64,000 nt of DNA from a virus (IMGVR_UViG_3300029288_000100:1-64000); one strand, 5' to 3'. Shown: positions 20,566 through 29,773, counted from the stretch's first letter. Numbers and translations: made by a program. Notes: generated by a model from the sequence alone, not told the origin.

Positions 20566-20795
20566 CAGTTCGCCCTGAAAGTCAGCGGGCAGAACGGCCC
20601 GCATGGCTGGTTGAGCGCGAGAAAGAAGAGCTCACCCATCCCGGAGCACGTCGGACAGCCAAATCCGGCGCACGCCAGGCACCTCCGTGAATAGAGCCCG
20701 TGAGCGACCACGATGTGATCCATCTTGCGCTCCTCCTCGGGCGTCAGGTCGCGTCCACCTCCGTTCGGGTTCTGCTGTGCGTCCTCGATGGGCAT
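20565..20795 (-). CDS. Small Cys-rich protein (DnaJ-type CxxCxGxG)
   Basis: CLACAGFGCPTCSGMG. Confidence 0.5.
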   Translation of the reverse strand: MPIEDAQQNPNGGGRDLTPEEERKMDHIVVAHGLYSRRCLACAGFGCPTCSGMGELFFLALNQPCGPFCPLTFRAN

Positions 20796-20798
20796 CCT

Positions 20799-21233
20799 CT
20801 ACTCGCTCTCTCCGGCGTCAGCTTCGCGGGCGAGCGCGGCAGCAAACTCCACAAACCGCTCCGCGTCGCGTGGTCTGGTCTCCTCTGCGAATATCCGCAG
20901 CGACTCCTCGAGGGGGAGCTCGACGTCGTGCCGCTCGTCACGTCGCACCTCCCGCCGGCGCACGTGAACCTCGGGCAGCTTGCAGTAGACGGCACCTGCC
21001 TCCAGGACCGCCCGCCGCAGCGCCGCGCGGTCCACCGCCTCTGCGCGCGCTTCGGGAACCGACACCACCGGCTTCACCCTCGCCCCGGACACAGCGGCGG
21101 GGAGCCGCCAGGCGCCGTCCCAGGCCTCATCCAGCTCGAAGCGGATCTCGAGCGTCGGCTCCACCGGGAGCGGGAGGAAGTAGGTGACCGCCCCCCGGTG
21201 GTCCACCCGGAGCGCGCGAACACGGGGAGGCAT
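20799..21233 (-). CDS. Probable detached C-terminal (capping/Rad50-binding) part of SbcD
   Basis: TYFLPLP..., GARVKPVV, VDRAALRRAVLEAGA, LPLEESLRIFAE resemble the SbcD C-terminus that 21475..22242 lacks. Confidence 0.55.
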   Translation of the reverse strand: MPPRVRALRVDHRGAVTYFLPLPVEPTLEIRFELDEAWDGAWRLPAAVSGARVKPVVSVPEARAEAVDRAALRRAVLEAGAVYCKLPEVHVRRREVRRDERHDVELPLEESLRIFAEETRPRDAERFVEFAAALAREADAGESE

Positions 21234-21478
21234 CAGACCCCGTGCTCCACACGAAGCAGCCCGGCCACGTCATCAAATTCCGGCTTCAGCTCGCCGAACG
21301 CCCGGTGCAGCGCCCCGCGAACGGTCTCACCTGGGTATGTGCTCACCGAGACGCCCAGGCTGACCTTGAGCGACTCGTACACTGCCACGCGGTAGGTGCG
21401 CTCGATGCTGATCCACGCGCGGTCCGGGTCCACAGGCTGCCGGTCCACAGGCTGCTGTTCCTCAATCAGCTTTTTCAC
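21233..21478 (-). CDS. Hypothetical phage protein
   Basis: GTG at 21478 overlaps the sbcD stop; ISIERTYRVAVYESLKVSLGVS. Confidence 0.6.
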   Translation of the reverse strand: MKKLIEEQQPVDRQPVDPDRAWISIERTYRVAVYESLKVSLGVSVSTYPGETVRGALHRAFGELKPEFDDVAGLLRVEHGV

Positions 21479-22242
21479 AGGTCCACCTCCGCGTAGATGA
21501 TCCCCTTCGAGTCCGCTGCCTCGCCGAAGTCGACGTGCAGCGCGCTCCCAACGACTGTGACCTTGGGCAGCTCTTGGTAGCGGTGGACGTGTCCGCAGAA
21601 GACCCGGGCGACCTGGTCTGACTCGAGGAGGCAGTCCGGGACGTGCAACCCGACGTCCCGCTGCCGGGAATCCTCTGCATCGATGGTCGCGCCCGGCACC
21701 TCCAGGTGAGCGAACGCGATCACGCGGCGCCCAGTCACGAGAGCGTCCGCGCTCACTCGGTCCAGCCACGCCTGCGCCGAGGGCTGCTCGCGCTGCCGCG
21801 CCTCCCACTCAGTGACGAACGGCAGGTAGAGTAGTGTCGCGCCCCCCACCACCTCGAACCCGGGCACGTCGACCACGGGCGCGAACGGGTTCGACGAGAG
21901 GTCCCATCGGCCCGCGAACGCTAGCGGCATCAGCGCGTGTACAACCCCGCGGGTCGGCTTGTCATGGTTCCCTGCGAGGAAAGTGACCGCCGGTTGCTCG
22001 CTCCGGTGCTGACTCCACCGCTCGACGCGCGCCGAATAGAGGAGCGCCGCCTCAACCGCGTCCGGAGCGGGGCGGCTCGCGTCGAAGAGATCGCCCAGGT
22101 CCACGTAGACATCGGGGTCGCGCGCCTCCAGGACGCCGACGACATGGTCCAGGATCCGCTGCTGCTCCGGGAGGCGCGGCAGCCCATCGGACACCAACCC
22201 GAGGTGCTTGTCCCCGGAGACCAGAACACGCAGCGTGCTCAC
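21475..22242 (-). CDS. sbcD: SbcD/Mre11 (gp47-like) metallophosphoesterase nuclease domain
   Basis: GDKHLG, LGDLFD, GNHD, FAH, GHVH, GSALHVDFGE. Confidence 0.9.
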   Translation of the reverse strand: MSTLRVLVSGDKHLGLVSDGLPRLPEQQRILDHVVGVLEARDPDVYVDLGDLFDASRPAPDAVEAALLYSARVERWSQHRSEQPAVTFLAGNHDKPTRGVVHALMPLAFAGRWDLSSNPFAPVVDVPGFEVVGGATLLYLPFVTEWEARQREQPSAQAWLDRVSADALVTGRRVIAFAHLEVPGATIDAEDSRQRDVGLHVPDCLLESDQVARVFCGHVHRYQELPKVTVVGSALHVDFGEAADSKGIIYAEVDL

Positions 22243-22523
22243 GAGACCCTCCCGTCCGGGAGCCGCCCGAGGAACCGGTTGAGTGCGTGGCGAACGAGCA
22301 TCTCCTCGCTCGGGTCGAACTCGAGCCGGCCAGCAAGGACGTCCTCCACGGCACGAACGAACGCGATAGTGAGCAGGACCAGCCTGAAGGCCACACCTTC
22401 GTCCATCGGGTCATGCCCACCAGTCGCGATCTCCGCGAGGCGGACAACCCTCTCTGGGTCCACGTCCAGGTCGGGGAACGCTCGGAGCCCGAACGCGACG
22501 AACCTGCGCAGCACCTCGCTCAC
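22239..22523 (-). CDS. Hypothetical protein
   Basis: GTGA overlaps on both sides. Confidence 0.55.
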   Translation of the reverse strand: MSEVLRRFVAFGLRAFPDLDVDPERVVRLAEIATGGHDPMDEGVAFRLVLLTIAFVRAVEDVLAGRLEFDPSEEMLVRHALNRFLGRLPDGRVS

Positions 22524-23668
22524 TCGCTCCTCCTTGAGAACTCGCCGTCCAGCCGCTCGGCGATCGACTCCCAGCGAGTCCGCCCGTCCTCCCCCTCGGC
22601 GCGCAGCCACTCGAGCAGCGCCAACTTGCTTCTCGCGACATCCTCCCCAAGCTCTCCATCGGCGCCGACCACGCGGTATGCCTCCGGGCTGCCCACCTTC
22701 CGGATCAGCCCACGGTGAAGCGCCTCCTCGCGGACCTCCCGCACGCGATCCAGTCCGAGAGGTGTCCGGTCTTCTGACCCGACTGAAGAGTAGAAGTACG
22801 CCAGCTCAGAGAGGTGCGGACCCGAGCTGTTCTTCAGGACCTCGATCTCATGCTTCTCCCCGACGAGAACCTTGTCCTCCTTGTCCGCCACCTCCTTCTT
22901 CACGCTCCCGACTGATGTCACCCGGAGAATCCACCCACCGTCATAGATGGGCGCCACACCGCCCTTGACCTTGTACCGGCGCTGCCCGGGCGCCGCGTCG
23001 AGGTTGACGCCCTCGCGCTGCACGAACACCACGAACTCGTCCCGCTTGAGGTCCGGGATCAGCCGGTCGAGCCACTTCGAGATCATGAGCGCGCGCAGCG
23101 GATAACCGCGCGCCTTGACCTCCGGCGACTTCTTGAGGAACTCGGCGAGCTCGTCGCCCGGGGTGAGTCGGCTGATGGAATCGACCCCGACACAGAGCAC
23201 AGCGCCGGCGGGGACCTCCCCCTTCTCCTTCGCGATGCGGAACGCGCGCCGGAACACCTCGACCTTCTCTATCGTCTTCTCGAACGTTTGCGGCTTGAAG
23301 TAGAGGATCTCGTCGAGCGCCCCACAGATCGCGTGGAACCACTTCAGGTCCGTCGCCCGGCACTCAGCGTCGACGAAAAGCCCCCAGCCACCTGTCGCGT
23401 GCGCCGCGCGAATGATCTCCGCCAGCAACAAGCTCTTTCCTCCCTGGCTGGGACCGTGCAACACGCCTAGCTGCCCACCAACGACGCCGCCGACCCGCGT
23501 CGCCCGGTTGAGGGAGGTGATGCCGGTGCGGAGCACCATCGGAGCCTCGACGGAGCTCCAGAGCTGGAACCCGTCGATGGCCCGGACGAGCTTCGACAGG
23601 CGCTTGCTACGGTCGGACATCGGCGGGTCGACGGTCGGAACCTCGGGCTTGAACTTGCGAGGCGGCAC
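22520..23668 (-). CDS. RecA/UvsX-like recombinase
   Basis: TGITSLN, HGPSQGGKS (Walker A), FVDAE, VDSISRL, GGVAPIY, VLKN. Confidence 0.88.
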   Translation of the reverse strand: MPPRKFKPEVPTVDPPMSDRSKRLSKLVRAIDGFQLWSSVEAPMVLRTGITSLNRATRVGGVVGGQLGVLHGPSQGGKSLLLAEIIRAAHATGGWGLFVDAECRATDLKWFHAICGALDEILYFKPQTFEKTIEKVEVFRRAFRIAKEKGEVPAGAVLCVGVDSISRLTPGDELAEFLKKSPEVKARGYPLRALMISKWLDRLIPDLKRDEFVVFVQREGVNLDAAPGQRRYKVKGGVAPIYDGGWILRVTSVGSVKKEVADKEDKVLVGEKHEIEVLKNSSGPHLSELAYFYSSVGSEDRTPLGLDRVREVREEALHRGLIRKVGSPEAYRVVGADGELGEDVARSKLALLEWLRAEGEDGRTRWESIAERLDGEFSRRSE

Positions 23669-23680
23669 GGGCTTCGCGCG

Positions 23681-25021
23681 CTAGGAGAGGGCCTGGCCGA
23701 TGTCGGAGTACTTCGCGCCGCAGCCGGGGTGCGGGCACTCCGTGGCGGTGGTCGGAATCTTCTGCCGACACTTGGGGCAGATGTCGAACTCCTCACCCTC
23801 TTTGGGCTCCCAGGCGAGCTTCTTCTCCTCGGCCGGCTTCACCTCCTTCTTCGTGGTGCGCGGCTTCGCCTCCGTCTTGGCCTTGCCGTTTCCGGACTTC
23901 GGCTTCTCCTCCGGCTTGGGCTCGGGCTCGGCCTTGGGCTTCTCCTGCGCCTGAGCCTCCGCCTCGGCTGCCTCCGCCTCGAGCCGCGCTGCCTCGGCCG
24001 CCGCCTTCGCCGCCTGCGCCTTCGCGCGCGCCGCCCTCACCGCGGGCGACTCCGCGGCGGGCTCGCTCCTCGGAGCCACCACCGGCTTGCTGGCTGCCTT
24101 CGGCGGCTCCGGCTCGATCTCCACCTCCTCCTCGACCTCCACCTCCTCGGGCTCTGACTCCTCCTCGGGCTCGGACGCCGTGGACCCCTGCTCCCCGGGC
24201 GGAACGAACGTGCAGCCCTCGACCACGAGCTTGATGCCCTCGCGGACCAGCGCGTGCTCGACCACCGCGAGGATGGCGTCCGGGTCGCCCGGCTTGATCT
24301 CGTCGGAGAAGTCGGGCGGCTCGCTGTCCAGGATCGCCTGGATCGCATCGTCCGGGTGCTCGCTCGGCCGCGCCTTGGCCGAGTACATGTCCGACCCGCT
24401 CTCGCTCTCGTCGAACTGGATGAGGAACGGGTACGGGCTGAAGAACGGGTTGCCCTCGTCGCCGCGCTCGTCGACCTCCGTCTCGATCTCCTTCCGGATC
24501 TCCTTCCCGAGCGCCTTGGCCCCCGAGAAGACCTCGAGCTTGAGCTCGGTCGGCCGTTCTTTCTTCGAGTTCTCCACCATGACCGCGGCGCAGACGAAGT
24601 CCCCACGCGGGTAGAGGTCCCGGCGGTAGTCGTAGCCCTGGTCCTTCAGCCCGAGGATCTCCCCCTTGACGTACTCCTCACGCGCCTTCCCCTGCCCGAC
24701 CGCGAGGATCACCTCGTCATTGTCGATCTCGTCGTGGTCGCGCAGGTAGCTGCGGAGCGCGCAGAACGCGCACTTCTTCTCACCCGGGCAGTTGTACGGG
24801 AAGGTGGCCAGCTTCGACTTCTTCTTCCCGCCTTTCTCGTCCTTGTCCTCCACCTCCTTGGAGAACCAGTGCCGCCGGCGATCGTAGATCTCCGTGTCGG
24901 GGTGGAGGTAGATCTTCGCCCGCGGACGCCAGTCCATCCGGTTGACGCCCTTCGACTGCGTCGCTTCCTTCAGTTTCGCGAGCTTCGCGCGCGCGGCTTC
25001 TTTTCTCTGCTCGGGGGTCAT
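23681..25021 (-). CDS. Probable single-stranded DNA-binding protein (gp32-like) with acidic/Ala-Lys linker and C-terminal zinc ribbon
   Basis: HW...NCP..KCAFC zinc module, position between RecA-like and UvsY-like genes, Glu-rich tract, CPKC..CPHPGC. Confidence 0.55.
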   Translation of the reverse strand: MTPEQRKEAARAKLAKLKEATQSKGVNRMDWRPRAKIYLHPDTEIYDRRRHWFSKEVEDKDEKGGKKKSKLATFPYNCPGEKKCAFCALRSYLRDHDEIDNDEVILAVGQGKAREEYVKGEILGLKDQGYDYRRDLYPRGDFVCAAVMVENSKKERPTELKLEVFSGAKALGKEIRKEIETEVDERGDEGNPFFSPYPFLIQFDESESGSDMYSAKARPSEHPDDAIQAILDSEPPDFSDEIKPGDPDAILAVVEHALVREGIKLVVEGCTFVPPGEQGSTASEPEEESEPEEVEVEEEVEIEPEPPKAASKPVVAPRSEPAAESPAVRAARAKAQAAKAAAEAARLEAEAAEAEAQAQEKPKAEPEPKPEEKPKSGNGKAKTEAKPRTTKKEVKPAEEKKLAWEPKEGEEFDICPKCRQKIPTTATECPHPGCGAKYSDIGQALS

Positions 25022-25614
25022 CCCTCGTCTCCTTTGCCGCGCTCCCGGCGCGGTCCGATCGTCGGGTCGTATCCGCGACGACGCTCCACCAGGTCAGCCT
25101 GCTTGCGGAGCGACGCCGAGCGGCTCTCCCACGCCTTGAACATCTGCTCGGCAAGTCGCTTGTTGCGCTCGAGCGCCCGCTGCGCATCCCGCCACTTCCG
25201 GTAGTCGGGGAGGTTCTCTGCCACCCAGTTCTCGACCATCTCCTGGGTGATCTGCCCGGAGTGCCGCCCGTCCTTCTTCGCCCGCTCGAGCGCCTCGCGC
25301 GCGACGATCGACCACTCCGAGTAGGCGGCGCGCCAGTGCACCTCAAACTCGTCGAGCTCCTCGATCGCGACCTGCAGGATCATCCCGGCCCGGCGGAGGT
25401 TGTTCTCGCCATCGTCGATCGCCTTGAGCACGTGCTCCGGACGGCCGCGCCGCTCCCCCAGCGTCAGGCCGTCCTCCAGGGCAGCCCACACCTGCTCGAC
25501 GTCCACGTTCCGGAGGCGCTGCGCGAGGAAGTCGAAGCGGGCGCTGCGCTGCACATGCTGCTCGAGCGCGGCGGAAGAAGTGAGCTTGCGGACTCGGGGG
25601 GACCGGGGCGCCAT
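25018..25614 (-). CDS. Probable UvsY-like recombination mediator
   Basis: Helical protein with ITQEMVENWV..PDY..KAWESRSASL pattern; synteny with SSB and RecA. Confidence 0.45.
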   Translation of the reverse strand: MAPRSPRVRKLTSSAALEQHVQRSARFDFLAQRLRNVDVEQVWAALEDGLTLGERRGRPEHVLKAIDDGENNLRRAGMILQVAIEELDEFEVHWRAAYSEWSIVAREALERAKKDGRHSGQITQEMVENWVAENLPDYRKWRDAQRALERNKRLAEQMFKAWESRSASLRKQADLVERRRGYDPTIGPRRERGKGDEG

Positions 25615-25650
25615 CGCCTCCCCGGTATCCAGGATGTGAAGGAAGTCAGC

Positions 25651-28374
25651 TTACGGAGCGAGCAGGCGGACCTTCGGGAGGCGGTGGAGACGCGCGAGCT
25701 CCGCGGCGCCGAGGAGCCCGCCCTTGTTCTCCCGGATCTGCTGCAACGCCTTCGCCACCCGCTTGGGGTCCACCAGCCACTTCCGGTAGCGCTCAACCAG
25801 CGCTTCGCGCCGGCGCCGGCGCTCGACCAGCCACCCGGTCCAATCGTGCTCCGGGAAGACCACCTCAAGCACCCGCTGCGTCGGTGGAAAAGTGCTGTTA
25901 TCCCAGTAGTACGCGGCGTCGTAGGCGGTGAACTCGGGGTCGAAGTGCACCGCGAGCACCCCGTCCAGCTTCGGCTTGGTCCCGGTCACCACGTACCCAA
26001 CCTTCATCCCGACGTGGAACCCGGTGTCGTGCTCCTTCACCCACTGTGCAAGCCGCACGTGGAGCGGCTGCACCTTGTACTCGTCGGGGTCCTTGGAGAT
26101 GCTCTTGGAGATCACCAGGTCCTCGAGCGGCAAGAGGTGGTCCACGCAGCGCCGGAACTCGGGCTCGATCAGCTCCACCTCCAGCTCCGCGGCGCTCAGA
26201 TCGCGCATGAGGATCGCGTCCATCACCCGGCGTTGGAGCTCGCGCGCTGCCCGTGATGTGTCGGAGCGCATGACCTCGAGCCCCTTCACATCGACGTTGT
26301 CCGTCCGGGCGCCCTTGTGAGAGAGCAGCCGGCCAGCGTACCGCTTCTTGGTGGTGAAGAAGATCTTGTCGTAGACGTCCTCGAACTCGAGTTGCACCGT
26401 GTTCCAGGCGAGATTGCACCCGCGGCTGTGAAGCTCGTGGACGTACTGCGGAGCGACGTGCTTCAGGAACTCCTCCCCGAGGCGGTTCACCTCGGCGACG
26501 CGCTCCTCCTCAGACGCGAAGCCAACACCTTGAAACAATTGAACATAGCAGGAATCCGTGTCCCCATAGATAACCCGGTACCCCATGCCCTCCGCGATGG
26601 ATGCAGTCAGCTTCACGAAGTGCCGCCCGCTCAGAGTCACCGCCTCAGCGAGCTCCACGTCGTAGTAGCGCGAGGTCGGCGAACCCAGGTCCCCATAGAA
26701 CGAGAGCCCGAGCTGCTTGTAGGCATAGGCCAGGCGGAAGTAGAGGCGGTACGTGTCATCCTCGGTGCTCCCGACCTCTGCCAACCTCCGCTGCATGAGG
26801 TCGGTGAACTCCCGCCGCCGCTCGAGGGTGTCGCGGAACATCTGCGAGACGAAGCCCTGGTGGTCGGTGCGGAAGGTCGCCCCCCCACGGACGTGCTCGC
26901 CGACCTCGCCGTGGACCGTTACCTCCGGGCAGCGGCAGAGCGACCCGGGCCCGTGCTCGAGGACGAAGTTCTCCCGGGCCTCACGCTTGACCAGGGTCTC
27001 CGGCGAGATGTTGAACGAGCACATCATCGACGGGTACAGCGACTTGAAGTCGAACGCCGCGACGTTGCGGTGCAGACCGCGCACAGGATCAAAGACGAAC
27101 GCCCCCTGGTACTTCTCCGGTCGTTCCGGTGCCCAGAACCGCGTCGGGAAGTGCACGCCCTCGCGCGCCCCCTTGCGCAGCATCAGCCGGTCAATCTTGG
27201 CGCTGTTACCGAACTCGTTCACGAAGCCGCGGCTGATCCGGCAGAAGAGCTGCTCAACGTGCACAAACCCGGAGTAGACCTCGAGCTCACGCATGAGGCG
27301 CGCGTCCTGCCGGTTGTAGTCCTGGAGCACATCCTTTCGGTGGCGGTAGAGGTTGATCACCTTGGGGGCGACGTGTGGGTGGCTCTCCCGGAGCAGCGTG
27401 CGCCAGTCCACCTTGCGCTTCTTGAGCACCTTCTCCCCGAGGCTGTCGAGGGCGAAGCTCGTGCCCTGCTCGGCGGCGCGGGTGAAATGCCGCCGGAAGA
27501 TCGGCAGCGGGTCCACGAAGAGCATCTTGCGCCACTCCATCGGGATCCGGTGGTGATGGAAGCGCGCGATGAGCATCGGGAAGTCGAAGTAGTCCCCGTT
27601 CCACGCGGCCAGCACGTCGTACCGGAGGAAGCGCCGCCGGAACTCGAGGAGCAGGGCCCGCTCCGCATCGTCCGTCTCCGAGCTGATCTCGAGGTAACCC
27701 TGGTCAAGCTCGTCCTGGGGGAAACGGCTGCCCTCCCACGCAACGGAGAGGATGCGGTTCCGCTCCTTCCGCTCGAACCCCCCAACGGAGTCATCCGTCT
27801 CGAAGTCGAAGAAGCACACGTGGTAGCGCTCCTGGACGCGGATGTCACGGTCCACGAGGAAGCGCTGGAGCGGCGACAGGTCAGCCTCGAGCGGCTTGAG
27901 CCCCTTCCGCAAGCACCAGTCCAAGAGGTGCTGCAGCTTGGTCCACCTGTCGCGGTTCTGCGGCCAGCGCACGGAGCGCGGAGACTCCCCGCCGGTGAAC
28001 GGGCGGCACCAGCGATCGCCGAACTCGGGGTCGCCGATCCGCTCGAAGACGCGCTTGCGGTCGAGCGGACGCACCTTGTTTTCGACGTAGACGCGCCAGA
28101 ACGACCCGGGGCAGCGGTCATCCCTGACGACTCGCTGCGCCCACTGCTTCGTCTTGATCACCCAGCTCCAGCCCTCGTCGCTGACCTTCGCCTTGTCACT
28201 GTCGGAGAGAATGAAATACCAGTCGACCGGAACGCGCTCCCGGTAGCGCTTGCCCCGCTCATCCCGGTAGAGCAGGGTGGCTCCGTCTCCCTCGCTCCAC
28301 CCGTTGTAGTAGACGCGATCCGGGTTGTGGAGCGTGGTGGCGAGCTGCTTGATCCTGGGGACCACTTGGGTCAT
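25651..28374 (-). CDS. polB: Family B DNA polymerase with 3'-5' exonuclease
   Basis: DFET, WNGDYFD, YNRQD, DFKSLYPS, KQLGLSFYG, YGDTDS, KKRYAG, KGLEVMRSD; ATG at 28374. Confidence 0.95.
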   Translation of the reverse strand: MTQVVPRIKQLATTLHNPDRVYYNGWSEGDGATLLYRDERGKRYRERVPVDWYFILSDSDKAKVSDEGWSWVIKTKQWAQRVVRDDRCPGSFWRVYVENKVRPLDRKRVFERIGDPEFGDRWCRPFTGGESPRSVRWPQNRDRWTKLQHLLDWCLRKGLKPLEADLSPLQRFLVDRDIRVQERYHVCFFDFETDDSVGGFERKERNRILSVAWEGSRFPQDELDQGYLEISSETDDAERALLLEFRRRFLRYDVLAAWNGDYFDFPMLIARFHHHRIPMEWRKMLFVDPLPIFRRHFTRAAEQGTSFALDSLGEKVLKKRKVDWRTLLRESHPHVAPKVINLYRHRKDVLQDYNRQDARLMRELEVYSGFVHVEQLFCRISRGFVNEFGNSAKIDRLMLRKGAREGVHFPTRFWAPERPEKYQGAFVFDPVRGLHRNVAAFDFKSLYPSMMCSFNISPETLVKREARENFVLEHGPGSLCRCPEVTVHGEVGEHVRGGATFRTDHQGFVSQMFRDTLERRREFTDLMQRRLAEVGSTEDDTYRLYFRLAYAYKQLGLSFYGDLGSPTSRYYDVELAEAVTLSGRHFVKLTASIAEGMGYRVIYGDTDSCYVQLFQGVGFASEEERVAEVNRLGEEFLKHVAPQYVHELHSRGCNLAWNTVQLEFEDVYDKIFFTTKKRYAGRLLSHKGARTDNVDVKGLEVMRSDTSRAARELQRRVMDAILMRDLSAAELEVELIEPEFRRCVDHLLPLEDLVISKSISKDPDEYKVQPLHVRLAQWVKEHDTGFHVGMKVGYVVTGTKPKLDGVLAVHFDPEFTAYDAAYYWDNSTFPPTQRVLEVVFPEHDWTGWLVERRRRREALVERYRKWLVDPKRVAKALQQIRENKGGLLGAAELARLHRLPKVRLLAP

Positions 28375-28952
28375 GGAGAAGGAACCATCCCCGCTTTGGC
28401 CTGCCGCTCGCGACGCGCAACCGCCTCGTCGCGACAGTCGACCAGCATGAGCAGCTCGCACATCTCCGTCGTCTCTTGACGCCCGGCACGCAGCTCATCA
28501 GCCAGCGTTCGGTGGTCGACGCCGATCCTCTGTTCCAGAGTGATTTCGATCTCGACGTTCAGGTTGGTGAGGACCACCTCGAACTCCGCATCAGTCGGGA
28601 TGTGGTTCATCTCTTCCATCGAGAAGACCGCCAGGAGCGCGGCTCGCTGTTCCTCAGTCTGCCGCTTCAGGAACCCGATCGGGAACGCCAGGTGCCCGTA
28701 GCGTGGAACGCGCACCTGCACCTCGACCAGCGTTTCGTTCTGACGCAGGGGCGTCATCCAGCGCGTTGGCTCCGGCACCTCCTCGGCGTCATCCACCAGC
28801 CCGTCGATGAAGAACTGGAGCACCTCGACGGACATGAGCTTGGCCTCATCGAAGCTGGAGCCGCTCGTGATGCAACCCGGGAGGTCATGGAAGGTGACCG
28901 AGAAACGGCCGGCCCCCTCGTCGAAGAAGTGAGCTTGGTAGGTTCTCTGCAT
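28371..28952 (-). CDS. HicB-like antitoxin domain fused to an unknown C-terminal domain
   Basis: TYQAHF..GRFSVTFHDLPGCITSGSSFDEAKLMSVEVL..DAEEVPEP; start ATG 28952 or 28955. Confidence 0.8.
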   Translation of the reverse strand: MQRTYQAHFFDEGAGRFSVTFHDLPGCITSGSSFDEAKLMSVEVLQFFIDGLVDDAEEVPEPTRWMTPLRQNETLVEVQVRVPRYGHLAFPIGFLKRQTEEQRAALLAVFSMEEMNHIPTDAEFEVVLTNLNVEIEITLEQRIGVDHRTLADELRAGRQETTEMCELLMLVDCRDEAVARRERQAKAGMVPSP

Positions 28953-28958
28953 CATTAA

Positions 28959-29069
28959 CAACCGTTGTGTTGCGGGGTGGTGTGGAGCGCTGTGCAATGA
29001 TGCGGTGTGGAGTGCTGCAGGGCAGGGTGACACAAGGCAGTGCGACACAAGGCAGTGCGCTGAAGATCA
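28959..29069 (-). ncRNA. Pentamer array C (19 YRY-NN units, 28965-29059), putative guide RNA
   Basis: Plus-strand units ttgtg ttgcg gggtg gtgtg gagcg ctgtg caatg atgcg gtgtg gagtg ctgca gggca gggtg acaca aggca gtgcg acaca aggca gtgcg; leader TGATCTTCAG and 3' CAACACAACGGTTGT on minus strand. The repeat is certain; RNA status is inferred. Confidence 0.75.
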
Positions 29070-29133
29070 GTGGTAGCGAGCTGTCTGACGCGAGGTTGCC
29101 GCACGCTTACTCGCTATCCGTTATGACATAAGA

Positions 29134-29220
29134 ACAACCGTTGCGTTGTAATGCAGGGCGGCGCAATGCACGACAGGGAGACGTACTGCGGCGCGGCGCG
29201 GCACAGCGCGCTGAAGATCA
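29134..29220 (-). ncRNA. Pentamer array B (14 units, 29141-29210), putative guide RNA
   Basis: Plus-strand units ttgcg ttgta atgca gggcg gcgca atgca cgaca gggag acgta ctgcg gcgcg gcgcg gcaca gcgcg; same leader and 3' end as array C. Confidence 0.75.
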
Positions 29221-29223
29221 ACT

Positions 29224-29757
29224 TCACAAGTTCTCTTTGAGCAGGTTGAAGGATACCGCGAGGGCCGGGGGGTTGGAAGCGCTCTCGCACTTCGCGCGGA
29301 GGGCCTCCACCTGCTTGGTCTCGTGCATCGAGCACTGAAGCGCGCAGAAAGTACGCTCCAGATTCAGGTTCGTCCGCATCTCCGGTGAGAGCCCTTCATA
29401 CTGCTCCTTGGAGATCGAGCAACTGATCGCGACTGACTTGCGGATGTGGCGCTTCTCGTGGTGCCTTCGACTCGCGAGAGTCTGCACCACATCCTGGGGG
29501 ACACAGCACTTGAGACTCACTCCGCGTTCACAGACCTCGATCAGCTTCTGCTGCTCCTTCAGCAGAACCCTGCGTGCCGACAAGAGCGCACCACGTGCTG
29601 TCCCCTCGCGAACATCGCGCCCAATCACCTTGGACAGCTCGTCGTAGGTGATGACATCACCGGGGTCCAGCTTGGAGAGCATATTCACCAGGACATCAGT
29701 ATCGTGTGACCTCCGGAAAATCGGCGTCTTGTGCTGACTGCCATTATCCTTGCTCAC
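29224..29757 (-). CDS. Accessory protein of the RAMP/pentamer cassette; winged-helix-like N-terminus
   Basis: GTG with GGAGG SD; PGDVITYDELSKVIGRDVR..ARGALLSARRVL..E; lies between arrays A and B. Confidence 0.7.
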   Translation of the reverse strand: MSKDNGSQHKTPIFRRSHDTDVLVNMLSKLDPGDVITYDELSKVIGRDVREGTARGALLSARRVLLKEQQKLIEVCERGVSLKCCVPQDVVQTLASRRHHEKRHIRKSVAISCSISKEQYEGLSPEMRTNLNLERTFCALQCSMHETKQVEALRAKCESASNPPALAVSFNLLKENL

Positions 29758-29773
29758 AAATCCCTCCTATCAG

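Noticed and set aside
18091-28479. Long plus-strand ORFs (18091..20019, 26317..28479 and similar, also 50402..51946 and 51759..53885)
   Set aside because: Antisense shadows of motif-bearing minus-strand genes; expected in high-GC DNA with few stop codons
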